Source of the DNA: a virus
Length of the DNA: 64,000 bases
IMG/VR virus record: IMGVR_UViG_3300019760_000006
Location: 1-64,000 of that record
Direction: 5' to 3' (one strand)
Shown: positions 19,831 to 28,838 of the stretch, in pieces
Layout: each line of letters begins with the position of its first letter
Position numbering within the stretch: position 1 is the stretch's first letter
Notes under the pieces: generated by a model
Databases searched by the model: none
Told to the model about the DNA's origin: nothing
What the model saw: the letters and a program-made list of their open reading frames with translations, nothing else
Position numbers and translations under genes: made by a program

Positions 19831-20409
19831 TTAAATAATATTAATACTCTCAATATCCATTGGCAAGGCAACTGTTGTTTCATACTCAGCAGCAGACTCA
19901 ATAGCTAAGATAGTTTTATCCTGTGCACTAAGATCTAAATTTTTAGTAGTAAATAAACTACCAAGAGCAATCTTTGTTCCACTGCCAGATGCATAGTATT
20001 TATCAACAGACTTTATAACTTGATAATTCCCTTCAATGCAAAATATACCCCCTGTATCTGTAGCTACAAGGATGTGGCTGTCCATTTCTTCAACATTATT
20101 TACGTTTCTGGAGTATAATCCAACTTTTAAGCACTCTATAACACTATTAACAAACTCTGTATGCATGAATTTATTAATATCAGTTTCATTTCTATTCGGT
20201 ATTTCTAAAGAATACTGTAGAAGAGACTGGCACTTGGGGTCTCCACTTACGCCTATTAAGTATTCATGTTTTTGATCCGCATCTTTAATCTTAAAGATCT
20301 TAGGGTTTGATAGAACCCTTTTAACACCTCCGCTTGTACTTATACATGTGTCACTTGCCATCCAAACTTTCTTATCTTCTTTGTCGATATATGAAACAAT
20401 ACAAGTCAT
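19831..20409 (-). CDS. HslV / proteasome-beta-like Ntn protease
   Basis: Starts MTCIV (N-terminal Thr nucleophile) behind AAAGGA; ASD, KIF, ASGSG...ALG motifs. Confidence 0.8.
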   Translation of the reverse strand: MTCIVSYIDKEDKKVWMASDTCISTSGGVKRVLSNPKIFKIKDADQKHEYLIGVSGDPKCQSLLQYSLEIPNRNETDINKFMHTEFVNSVIECLKVGLYSRNVNNVEEMDSHILVATDTGGIFCIEGNYQVIKSVDKYYASGSGTKIALGSLFTTKNLDLSAQDKTILAIESAAEYETTVALPMDIESINII

Positions 20410-20462
20410 TTTAAATAGTTCCTTTCTTTTCATTCCTTTTACATTAATATCCAATTTAACAT

Positions 20463-20545
20463 ATAAAATAGGCTGATACAGAGAGATTTATAGTTTTCTT
20501 ATACAAGTATATAACCTTTTTATAAACCTCTCTATAATCGCTTAA
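20463..20545 (-). ncRNA. Conserved intergenic hairpin, copy 1
   Basis: On the - strand TATAGAGAGGTTTATA pairs with TATAAATCTCTCTGTA, followed by TCAGCCTATTTTAT; similar to 41160-41240. Confidence 0.55.
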
Positions 20546-20575
20546 GAGTAGCTTTAATTTCGATTAATATTAAAT

Positions 20576-21706
20576 CTATTCTTTTACAATTCTATAACCT
20601 AAAGACTTGGCTGTATTTTCAAATTCTTTTTCTTGTCTTTCTCTTCTTAATTTATCAATTCGTTCATTTTCTTCCTTCAGGTATTCTTTTAATTCTTCCT
20701 TTGTAACTAAACCAAAGAACTCTCCATCACTTGAGTATTTAGCTATACTGCCTTCAAATTCACTAAAATAATCATCATGACAAGCTATTTGAACATTTAC
20801 CTTTTCACCATCCATCTTTGAAGCTTGGATAAGAATTTCATCACTAAGATTATCAACCCTCTCAATCACACAACCAACCAAATCTCCCAATTCTGAATAA
20901 AAATTATTAGACATTACATATCTCCTTATTTAGACTCAACACTTTCACACAAACTATTAAGAATCTCTTCAATCTGTCTTAAAGATGTTGAAACATTTTG
21001 CATAAAGAACATAACCTCATTTGAATCAACTACATGCTCTTGTTGCATTTTAAATTTAAAATTAGAATAAGAATCCTCTACAATCTTATTATATTCTTTT
21101 AATTGTTCAATCTTTTCTATTGTATTCATTTGATATCTACATTCTCCTTGTCAGAATTTATGAGGACTTCTTCCCATTTACCAAGCTTTTCTTTGTTCTT
21201 AATATCCTCTCCCAACTTAATTATACTGTCTAACTCCCTCTTTATTGCTTTATAAGAATCCCTCTCCATAGGAGAGACACCATCAAATATTGGCAGCCAC
21301 ATAAACAAGAACCATTTACGTAGCAATCTATACTTTGTGTTTCCATCTTTATTAGTTCTTTTTACAATCTTATAGTTTTTGTATTTATCTCCACAACCAA
21401 CACCTTTAATACTTCTTGATAGTGGTGAAGGTGTTGGCTTAATAGGTTTTTTGTTTGTATCTGTTTGCCATTTAGTTTTTGTATTTCCTTCTGTTAATTT
21501 CATTGTAGACCCCTGAACATATTTATAAAAGGGTTAATGTTTTCATTACTTTTATACAGTTTCAAACTATCTTCTAATGTTTGAATCCTGTCTTTCATTC
21601 TTTCATTACAACCCCAACAAACACACATATTAATGTTTTTATGTAGGTTGCCATCTCTAACAATACCAAGATACTCTCCACACTCTTTACAATAAAGTTT
21701 TTTCAT
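20576..21706 (-). other. Small hypothetical genes (20576-20914, 20926-21129, 21126-21503, 21500-21706)
   Basis: Abutting or overlapping ORFs with RBSs; 21500 has CxxC pairs. Confidence 0.7.
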
Positions 21707-22236
21707 TTTGTTATATTTTCTCCTTTAACCTGAACAGTTCTTTGTAGTGTATCAATTCTATAATTATCAAGTTCCATGCTAACAAGAATATGTTTATTTG
21801 TCAATATATCGTTTTCACCCCCTCTATGCACCTTCTCATGTAAATGACCATGGATATTATAATCAATATCTTCTCTCATGTATTCTTGAGGTTTATGTGT
21901 TAGTAGAAGATTATATCCATAAATTTTCATCTCCATACTTTCACCAACCCAATCCCATCCACTATCCAAATACCAGCCAGTTGTTTTCGAGTCGTGGTTC
22001 CCTTTCACGAAATAATTCTTACAATCTTTTGTAAGTTCAAAATACCTCTCACTCCAATATCCGTACTTATAAAAAGTAAAATCACCAAGACAGATAAAAA
22101 CTGTTCTTTCATCTTTGTGTATATCACTGATGTTTTTAAGAATAATTTCTTCAAATCCTTTCTGTCTATACCCACATTCATACATTGTTTTATGACCCAA
22201 GTGAGGGTCTGAAAAGATATAGTATTGTCTTCTCAT
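21703..22236 (-). CDS. Calcineurin-like metallophosphoesterase
   Basis: SDPHLGH, LGD, GNHD, THKP, HGHLH motifs. Confidence 0.9.
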   Translation of the reverse strand: MRRQYYIFSDPHLGHKTMYECGYRQKGFEEIILKNISDIHKDERTVFICLGDFTFYKYGYWSERYFELTKDCKNYFVKGNHDSKTTGWYLDSGWDWVGESMEMKIYGYNLLLTHKPQEYMREDIDYNIHGHLHEKVHRGGENDILTNKHILVSMELDNYRIDTLQRTVQVKGENITK

Positions 22237-22237
22237 T

Positions 22238-22669
22238 TTAATTAAATCCTTGAGTATAGTCTTCGTTCATTATAAAATAATTCATCCATTCTTTATGTAC
22301 AGTATTGTTTTTCTCTGCCTTACAAAAACAGCACATAATATCTGTTTTCTTTCTAAGTGCTCTTGTAGTCTTAGCCTCATAATGACCACAAATATTACAA
22401 TGTACTATCCATTTCCAAGGGTATCTGTTAAGTCTCTTAAAATTCTTAAACCCCACTACAGTAAAATTACCAATTATTTCTCCAGTTAAATCAACAAAAG
22501 TTCCATTATATCTGAGACCTGAAGGTATTTCATCAAGGCTTGGACAACACTCCCAATGAAGTGGCATCGTATCTTTATGGCAATAACTCGGCCTACTAAT
22601 ATCAGACCTTTGTAGCACCAAATCTCTATACTCTTTTGTTGATAGATCTAAAAATCTTGTGGATTGCAT
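22238..22669 (-). CDS. Zn-ribbon protein resembling a homing-endonuclease N-terminal domain
   Basis: DLTGEIIGNFTVVG...WIVHCNICG...CCFC; no HNH core; GGAGG RBS before ATG 22669. Confidence 0.55.
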   Translation of the reverse strand: MQSTRFLDLSTKEYRDLVLQRSDISRPSYCHKDTMPLHWECCPSLDEIPSGLRYNGTFVDLTGEIIGNFTVVGFKNFKRLNRYPWKWIVHCNICGHYEAKTTRALRKKTDIMCCFCKAEKNNTVHKEWMNYFIMNEDYTQGFN

Positions 22670-22921
22670 AACCACCTCCATTCTTTTTTAAAATAATAAA
22701 ATCCCTACAGACCAAATATTATCTGTATGTCGATAATTTCAATCTGTAGGGATCATATCCTCTCTCTAACTATTTGTCAAGTTGTTTTTCCACCTAACTT
22801 CAAAAACATGTGTGTTTTTATTGGATGCATCCCCCAATTTAATGTAAATGGACCAACATCTCCTGAGCTGCCCACAGTAGTATCACCCCCCCCCCTTTTT
22901 TTTATTATCTCACTATTTTAT

Positions 22922-23113
22922 TTATGCTTGTGCAATAGCTTTAATATAATCTTGAAACAACCTATCTTTTGCTTGTTTTACAGAGTGACTGCAACCATGT
23001 TTAAAATCTCTCTTACAGATAGGGCATTTATCTCCCCTCGCAGACCAAGATGTCATTTTATCTTTAGCTCTCTGTATTTTCCTATTTTTCTTACTCTCTG
23101 CTGATCTTGCCAT
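22922..23113 (-). CDS. Small basic Zn-finger-like protein
   Basis: GAGG RBS; CPIC...CSH. Confidence 0.6.
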   Translation of the reverse strand: MARSAESKKNRKIQRAKDKMTSWSARGDKCPICKRDFKHGCSHSVKQAKDRLFQDYIKAIAQA

Positions 23114-23124
23114 TAAGTTGTCCT

Positions 23125-23535
23125 CTAAAATTCGTTATACAACCTGTTTTGTGTTCTAAAATCGGCATGTAGCCAACCCACATCTTTCTCGATAGTTATT
23201 GGAAACACACCATAATCATTCCATCTCTCTTTAAGATCCTCTCTAACCTCCTCTACAGTTACATCTTGAAATTTCATATCGGTTGCATTCCCTCTTGAGT
23301 GTTGACTCCAATAAGAATAATCTGGTGATTCTGGTGTTCTAAAACCTGACCATTTGTAGCTTCCACCCCAAAACCAATCATTAATTATAATCTTACCATA
23401 TGTATCCCTCATCAAATCAATAAATTGTACCACTTCTGGTGTTATGAACCACCATGATTTATCATCTCCGAACTTATGATAAGTCTGAGGATCAACTAAT
23501 TCATAAATTTTAAACCACTTGGGTTTGTGAATCAT
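23125..23535 (-). CDS. Peptidase M15 family (probable endolysin)
   Basis: SGFR...SQH..G.A.D...WLH.D zinc-peptidase motifs. Confidence 0.85.
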   Translation of the reverse strand: MIHKPKWFKIYELVDPQTYHKFGDDKSWWFITPEVVQFIDLMRDTYGKIIINDWFWGGSYKWSGFRTPESPDYSYWSQHSRGNATDMKFQDVTVEEVREDLKERWNDYGVFPITIEKDVGWLHADFRTQNRLYNEF

Positions 23536-23537
23536 AA

Positions 23538-24122
23538 CTAATTACCAATAATATCATTAAAAACTATTTCTACCTGCTTCTTAAGATCCAGCAAATTATC
23601 AGTAGAATTATCCAATACATAATCACACTTATCTTTAAGAAGGTGAACTTCATTCTCACTATTATGGTTTGGCATATAATCAATACCATCAGCTTTGGCG
23701 CGAGTTATGCGAGTTTCTTCATCACAATCTACAGAGATTGTAATATAATCTCTCTTCCTGCAAGAATTAAGCTCCGTCCTGGTCCTACAATCATCACAAA
23801 TAATCAAACCAACATTATCAAAATCCTCTTCAATCTCTTTACTTGTTGTTTCAAAGACTTCAGCAAAAACCTTCTTACCGTAATACTTCTTTGTAATATC
23901 ACTAAGCTCCTGGTAGAATCCTCGTTTTTTTGGTAGAGTGCATTCAATATTATCTCGAATATACTCATCATAACACTTCATTGGTTCAGCGAATTTAAGT
24001 GTATAAATGTCTTTATAAGTTTTGTCAATTTCATTAAACTTTTCTTCAAACATCTCCATGAAGAAACCAGATGTTGATGTCTTCCCACTTCCTGCATTTC
24101 CAATGATTGCAATTTTATACAT
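23538..24122 (-). CDS. Deoxynucleoside monophosphate kinase-like protein
   Basis: IIGNAGSGKT, FAEPMK, ICDDCR..E, HNSE motifs. Confidence 0.75.
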   Translation of the reverse strand: MYKIAIIGNAGSGKTSTSGFFMEMFEEKFNEIDKTYKDIYTLKFAEPMKCYDEYIRDNIECTLPKKRGFYQELSDITKKYYGKKVFAEVFETTSKEIEEDFDNVGLIICDDCRTRTELNSCRKRDYITISVDCDEETRITRAKADGIDYMPNHNSENEVHLLKDKCDYVLDNSTDNLLDLKKQVEIVFNDIIGN

Positions 24123-24142
24123 AATAATTTACCTTTTTGTTT

Positions 24143-24445
24143 TTAATTATTTTCAACAAGAGTCATAATCTTTACATATGAATCAATTGGTTCAAGAGCT
24201 TTCATCTTCTCTTCTACAAGATTGTTATTGTAATAATAGTTAAGCCACTTCTTAAACAAAGCAGGCTTCAAACCAAAACACTCTTTTAGATTAGCACCAG
24301 CATCTTTAATAGATTGATTAGCATCTTCGATCTTACCAAGTTCTGCACTAACCTCTTTAATTGTTGAAATAATATCTTTTGCATCTTTCAATTCAAGTGT
24401 TGAAAGAAATTTGTCAATCTCACTTTCGTAAACATTTTCATTCAT
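24143..24445 (-). CDS. T4 DsbA / GapR-like dsDNA-binding protein
   Basis: Helical; KIED.NQSIKD...KE.FGL.PA.FKK pattern. Confidence 0.6.
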   Translation of the reverse strand: MNENVYESEIDKFLSTLELKDAKDIISTIKEVSAELGKIEDANQSIKDAGANLKECFGLKPALFKKWLNYYYNNNLVEEKMKALEPIDSYVKIMTLVENN

Positions 24446-24472
24446 AATTATTTCCCCCTCTTCTTTTAGTTT

Positions 24473-24952
24473 TTATTTATTTATATCACCAAACCAAGTT
24501 GTATAAATTCTTTCTATGTTCTGTTGTGATTTAACAAGTTTTTCGCCAGCACACCAACATTCTTGAAACACCACTTCTTCTCTTTTAATCTCCTCTTCAG
24601 TGAAGTTTTTAAACACATTGATACAGACATCATTTGCAAATCCTGAGTGGATACCTGCCATATCGTCGTGAAAATCAAAACTTATATCCAAACCTTCATC
24701 TTTGCCTTCATAGTCTGCCATTTTGATTCCTTTTTATTTTAGAAGTTTATTATACCTTTTAATTTCTCTGTTCAATCTTTCCCATTCTTTCTTTGCTGTA
24801 TTGTTTTTCCAATACTTCTCTGTTTTCAAAACCTTCTTAGGGTTGTTTTCATCTTTAATCAGTTTAGTGAATACAAATTCTGAATAGAGGTTGTCTGCTT
24901 TTGATTTAAGAAAATTAATCTGATTCTGAATGTTTTCTACGTTGTTTTTCAT
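24473..24952 (-). other. Two small hypothetical genes (24473-24721, 24734-24952)
   Basis: Compact ORFs in the - strand operon. Confidence 0.6.
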
Positions 24953-24986
24953 TTTTATTCTTTTCGCTTTCTTTTTAATGTTACTT

Positions 24987-25475
24987 TTAAATATCTGTAC
25001 TACCGTCACTGCCACGGTTCTTCTTTGTCAACTTCTTTACACTATTAAATTTTAGTGGTGGTTGTTTATCACATATTCTGAATTGAAAAAGTTTGTCACC
25101 AAAATCTATTTTACAATCCCTCAAAGCATACACCGGAACCCACCACTCATCCTCTGGACCTGCAAAACTGTTATCTATAATACCTATATTGTTTGTTTGA
25201 ATAATTCCTTTCTTACCAAATGTACTCCCTCTCGGGACCAAATGGGCTTCAAATCCTTCAGGAAGCTCAAGACAAAACCCAAGATAAATCTTAAAACTCT
25301 CACCTGCTGAGATGTGCATTAGTCCAAGATAGGTATTACCCTCAAGTGGACCAGATGTCATTTTAATTCTATCTACATATACGTCAATCCAATCTCCAAC
25401 TTCAATCTTCTCAAGCTTTGGTAAATCTGGATTATTGTACTGAACATTAATTGTTTGCATCTCTATATCACTCAT
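24987..25475 (-). CDS. dut: Trimeric dUTPase
   Basis: GDWID, LELPEGFEAHLVPRGST, NNIGIIDNSFAG, QFRI, NRGSDGST. Confidence 0.92.
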   Translation of the reverse strand: MSDIEMQTINVQYNNPDLPKLEKIEVGDWIDVYVDRIKMTSGPLEGNTYLGLMHISAGESFKIYLGFCLELPEGFEAHLVPRGSTFGKKGIIQTNNIGIIDNSFAGPEDEWWVPVYALRDCKIDFGDKLFQFRICDKQPPLKFNSVKKLTKKNRGSDGSTDI

Positions 25476-25478
25476 TAT

Positions 25479-26805
25479 TTAATATTCATCCTCTGTTTTA
25501 TATTCGACAATCAATCCTTCACCCCTTTTACCAGCCTCCCACGCTTTTTCCATCATGTATACCACATTAAGTGCATCGCTTAAATCTCTACTTATATACA
25601 TATCTTCAGGTTCACCTGCACCAATAAAAAATTCTTCTTCACCATCAACTTTAATCCTAACATAATCCCTATAGTCTCTTCTTTCGAGTGCTTCCTCTGT
25701 AGGTTCATACTGTACAATTTTCATCTTATCTCCTTTCCTTTTATTAATAGTGAAATTTAATATCTGCGTTAGTAGCTACTTCGAACTCTTTGCCACACCA
25801 ATCACATTCAACAATTTCGCTTCGAGGATCACCAAAAAACTCATCATTTTGTGATTACTAAATAATCTTGAGACAAAACAAGATCACCATTTTGTCTTCT
25901 ATATGTGAGTATCGGGTAACTATCTTGATTGTTAATATTCTTCATATTATAAGAAGAAGAATACTCATCCCAATATATTTCATATGGTCCATACCCATAT
26001 GTTTCTGGTTTATGTGATGGACATATAAGCAAAGATCCAAGAATTACTTTTTCGCCTTTTGAATCTTTGACTCCAAAATATTTATTCATCTTGAATTTTT
26101 CAGCCACGGCTACGCCTCCTCATCTTCGAGTAGTTGCTTAATTAAAATAACTTTTTCTTTTAAAGGCACTTCGGCGTGTAATTCTTTAAGTTTGTTCATT
26201 ATGTATTGCTCTTATTTAATAACTCCAAGTGTTTTTAGCTCATTAATATAAGTATAAATTAAATTCTCTTTACTCCCTTCCAATCCTCTTCTTTCAAGAA
26301 TATCTATCATACCAATCCACAAACTCTTTGCTGCATCTTCATACTCTTTTCTAATTGACTGAATGTAATCTGTAATCTCGCTATTGCAATTTGTTAAGCA
26401 TTTTGGTTGTTCCATTTTACTCCTCTCTTATTTAATAATATCATCAAGTGCCACAGTTAACACCTCATCAAAAGAACTACCTCCATTGTACCATTTTAAC
26501 TCAAAGTCAATAAAACCTGGGTTCATCTCATCAAACTCTGCTTCTGCAATATCTTCATAAGCATCAATATCTTCTTTATTGACTACTTTGTAAAGGTGTT
26601 TTTCTCCTGAATTTGTTGTATAAATCAAATACTCTCTATAAAATCCATTTTCAAAATCATATACAATTTCTTCTTCTGAATGTTCATCACAATATGCATA
26701 TCCTTTTTCATTTTCAAGGAGTCTTTTCAACATTTGATTAAAAGACTCACCCTCTTTTTCATAAATTCTCTGAATTGTTCCTTTAATGTGTTCTGTTTCA
26801 CTCAT
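25479..26805 (-). other. Small hypothetical genes (25479-25724, 25844-26107 YopX-like, 26212-26415, 26428-26805)
   Basis: RBS-led ORFs; 25844 has YFGVKDSKGEKV, resembling the YopX GxKDKNGxEI motif. Confidence 0.65.
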
Positions 26806-26843
26806 CTTAACAACTCCATTTTTATTTAAGTTAAGTTTCTAAA

Positions 26844-27182
26844 TTATTTCAACCAGTCCGCTATTTTGATTGGTTGCCCAGTAATATCAATTCCACTTTT
26901 CAAAGTTTCAACAACCATTTGCATCCTTAATGGTAAGGATTTAAAATTTAATTCATACCCACTTCCTGCTTTTAATGAGTTTTTATTAATTCCAATCTTA
27001 TCAATCCAATATTCTTTCATTTGTTTGTTATACTCTATTTCCTTCCATCTTGCAAGTAAAATCTTGCAGATTTTGTCAAATTCATGATCAGAAATAACGC
27101 TCATATCATGTTCATAGTACAAACAGCTATGACAAACATATAATCTACACAATCTATCTGTTGATATTGATTCAATATTCAT
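26844..27182 (-). CDS. Stand-alone NAD-dependent DNA ligase domain Ia-like protein
   Basis: YVCHSCLYYEHDMSVISDHEFDKICKIL matches LigA Ia YYxxDxPxISDxEYD; no adenylation domain follows. Confidence 0.75.
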   Translation of the reverse strand: MNIESISTDRLCRLYVCHSCLYYEHDMSVISDHEFDKICKILLARWKEIEYNKQMKEYWIDKIGINKNSLKAGSGYELNFKSLPLRMQMVVETLKSGIDITGQPIKIADWLK

Positions 27183-27265
27183 TATATCTCACGTCATTAT
27201 AAAACTTACCATATTTCTAATTTGATCCATAAATCTTATCAATAGCAGCCATCTTACCCCTCCTG

Positions 27266-27697
27266 CTAATACTCATTTTTCAAATCAATAACTTCTTGCT
27301 TATAATTTTCAATTCTTTTAATAAATTCATTAAGATGCTTATCAGACTGCATAATCACAATATTACATAACCCCTTAAAGCAAGCTTTACACTCATTTTT
27401 ATCTGTAAAAACTCTCAATGGTGTGCCAGTCCTACTCCTATATCCAGTATTATCAAAAACAGGAATTGGTCTCTTCGTCCACTCACCTTTCTTGTTAAGC
27501 TTAAAGAAACAAGATTGTGTATAATAGATGTTTTTGTTACCTGCATCTGAGATTGGTCTAATTTCAACTTTTGTTGGTAGAACTTTCCGTACAGGTTTAT
27601 CAGGGAATCTTCTTCTAAAATCACAAATCCAAACCTGTTCATAATCCATACTTCCATTTGTGATCTTATCAATATCAACTTCTGATTTGTATTCCAT
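27266..27697 (-). CDS. Hypothetical protein
   Basis: 143-aa ORF with AAAGGA RBS, downstream of a - strand TTGACA near 27797. Confidence 0.7.
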   Translation of the reverse strand: MEYKSEVDIDKITNGSMDYEQVWICDFRRRFPDKPVRKVLPTKVEIRPISDAGNKNIYYTQSCFFKLNKKGEWTKRPIPVFDNTGYRSRTGTPLRVFTDKNECKACFKGLCNIVIMQSDKHLNEFIKRIENYKQEVIDLKNEY

Positions 27698-27812
27698 TAT
27701 GCGATTATTCCTTTGCTATAGTTAATAGTAAGATACAGTTACAAAGTTGATTTGTTTCCAACCAAGTGACTACATCTTACTATCTTTGTTTTAGTTTGTC
27801 AATATGTTTTTG

Positions 27813-28469
27813 TTAAAATTCCCAATTAGCCTCATACAACTTCTTTCTATCCACCAAAGAAAAACCTTTTAAACATTCTTCATAATTAGAGCAACTTCTC
27901 CTTAGATGAAAATTATCTCTAATATTATAACCAGAGATAATTGTATACTCACCTTTCAACCTGTTAGCGAAGTACTCTACAAAATCAATTGGGTTTGTAC
28001 AAACAATAACCTTCTTTCTGTGAATTAAATCATCAAGTATACTATCTCTAAAGAACAATGAACCAACCTCAAAGACAACCTCCTCAAACTTATCAATATA
28101 ACTTCCACATTTAAGATTATTATATTCTTTACTTACGTACCACGCAAGGTTTTTACTTTCAGTGTACCAAAGAAATTCTTTTACTTTAGCTCTTTCATTA
28201 AAAGCAAAAGTCTTTCCACAACCAACACCAGTTAGGATAAACACAGGTTTATTAATTTCTGGTTTACATTCTACAACAAGTTTCTGAAATTCTGTTAAAA
28301 CAACAGATTCTGTCTTGTTCTTTTCATAATTGAGCCTATCCTTCAAATAGTCAACTTCTTCTTTGAGAATCCTCTCCTCAAACTCCTTCACAAAACCAAA
28401 GGGGCTTCCAGTAATATCCTGAATTTGTTTGATAAGATTATATTTCTCTTCTTTTAGTTTATAACTCAT
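27813..28469 (-). CDS. Degenerate terminase-large-subunit ATPase-like protein (no nuclease domain)
   Basis: LTGVGCGKT Walker A, VCTNP motif III, and C-terminal IRDNFHL...Y...L...DRKKLYEANW that aligns with TerL CYDNTYL...Y...L...DRDRLLHGCW in this window. Confidence 0.7.
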   Translation of the reverse strand: MSYKLKEEKYNLIKQIQDITGSPFGFVKEFEERILKEEVDYLKDRLNYEKNKTESVVLTEFQKLVVECKPEINKPVFILTGVGCGKTFAFNERAKVKEFLWYTESKNLAWYVSKEYNNLKCGSYIDKFEEVVFEVGSLFFRDSILDDLIHRKKVIVCTNPIDFVEYFANRLKGEYTIISGYNIRDNFHLRRSCSNYEECLKGFSLVDRKKLYEANWEF

Positions 28470-28486
28470 AAATATCCCTTTTATTT

Positions 28487-28837
28487 TTATTTAATTTTGT
28501 ATATTTTCTGATTATTACTGGCGAGTGTTATGCCAGTAAGTTCATCTGTGATTGGTGGGAGATCTTTAATGCAATCACCAGTATTTAAAATCCAAACTAT
28601 ATGATGAGCTTTAATTAGTTGGTTATTAAGATTTATAGATACTCTTTCATATCTTTTCTTAGGATCGGGTTTATTCCTGTAGCCTGCAACCTTACCAGAC
28701 CACCTTGTATTCCAATTTTTCTTTCTATCAGTACGGTATCTCCATATAAGATTTCCAGTAGAGTCATCATACTTCAAAACACTTTTTATATATTCATAAC
28801 TTGGTCTATTACTGGATGGTTCAATATATTTATTCAT
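28487..28837 (-). pseudogene. Truncated HNH homing endonuclease remnant
   Basis: LKYD..TGNLIW...GKVAG...AHHIVWIL.TG N-terminus, but no DH...N...NL catalytic core. Confidence 0.65.
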
Positions 28838-28838
28838 A

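Noticed and set aside
19062-25475. DNA hypermodification pathway
   Set aside because: Only a methyltransferase-like gene and ordinary dNTP-supply enzymes are seen; no hydroxymethylase, glycosyltransferase or 7-deazaguanine genes in this window.
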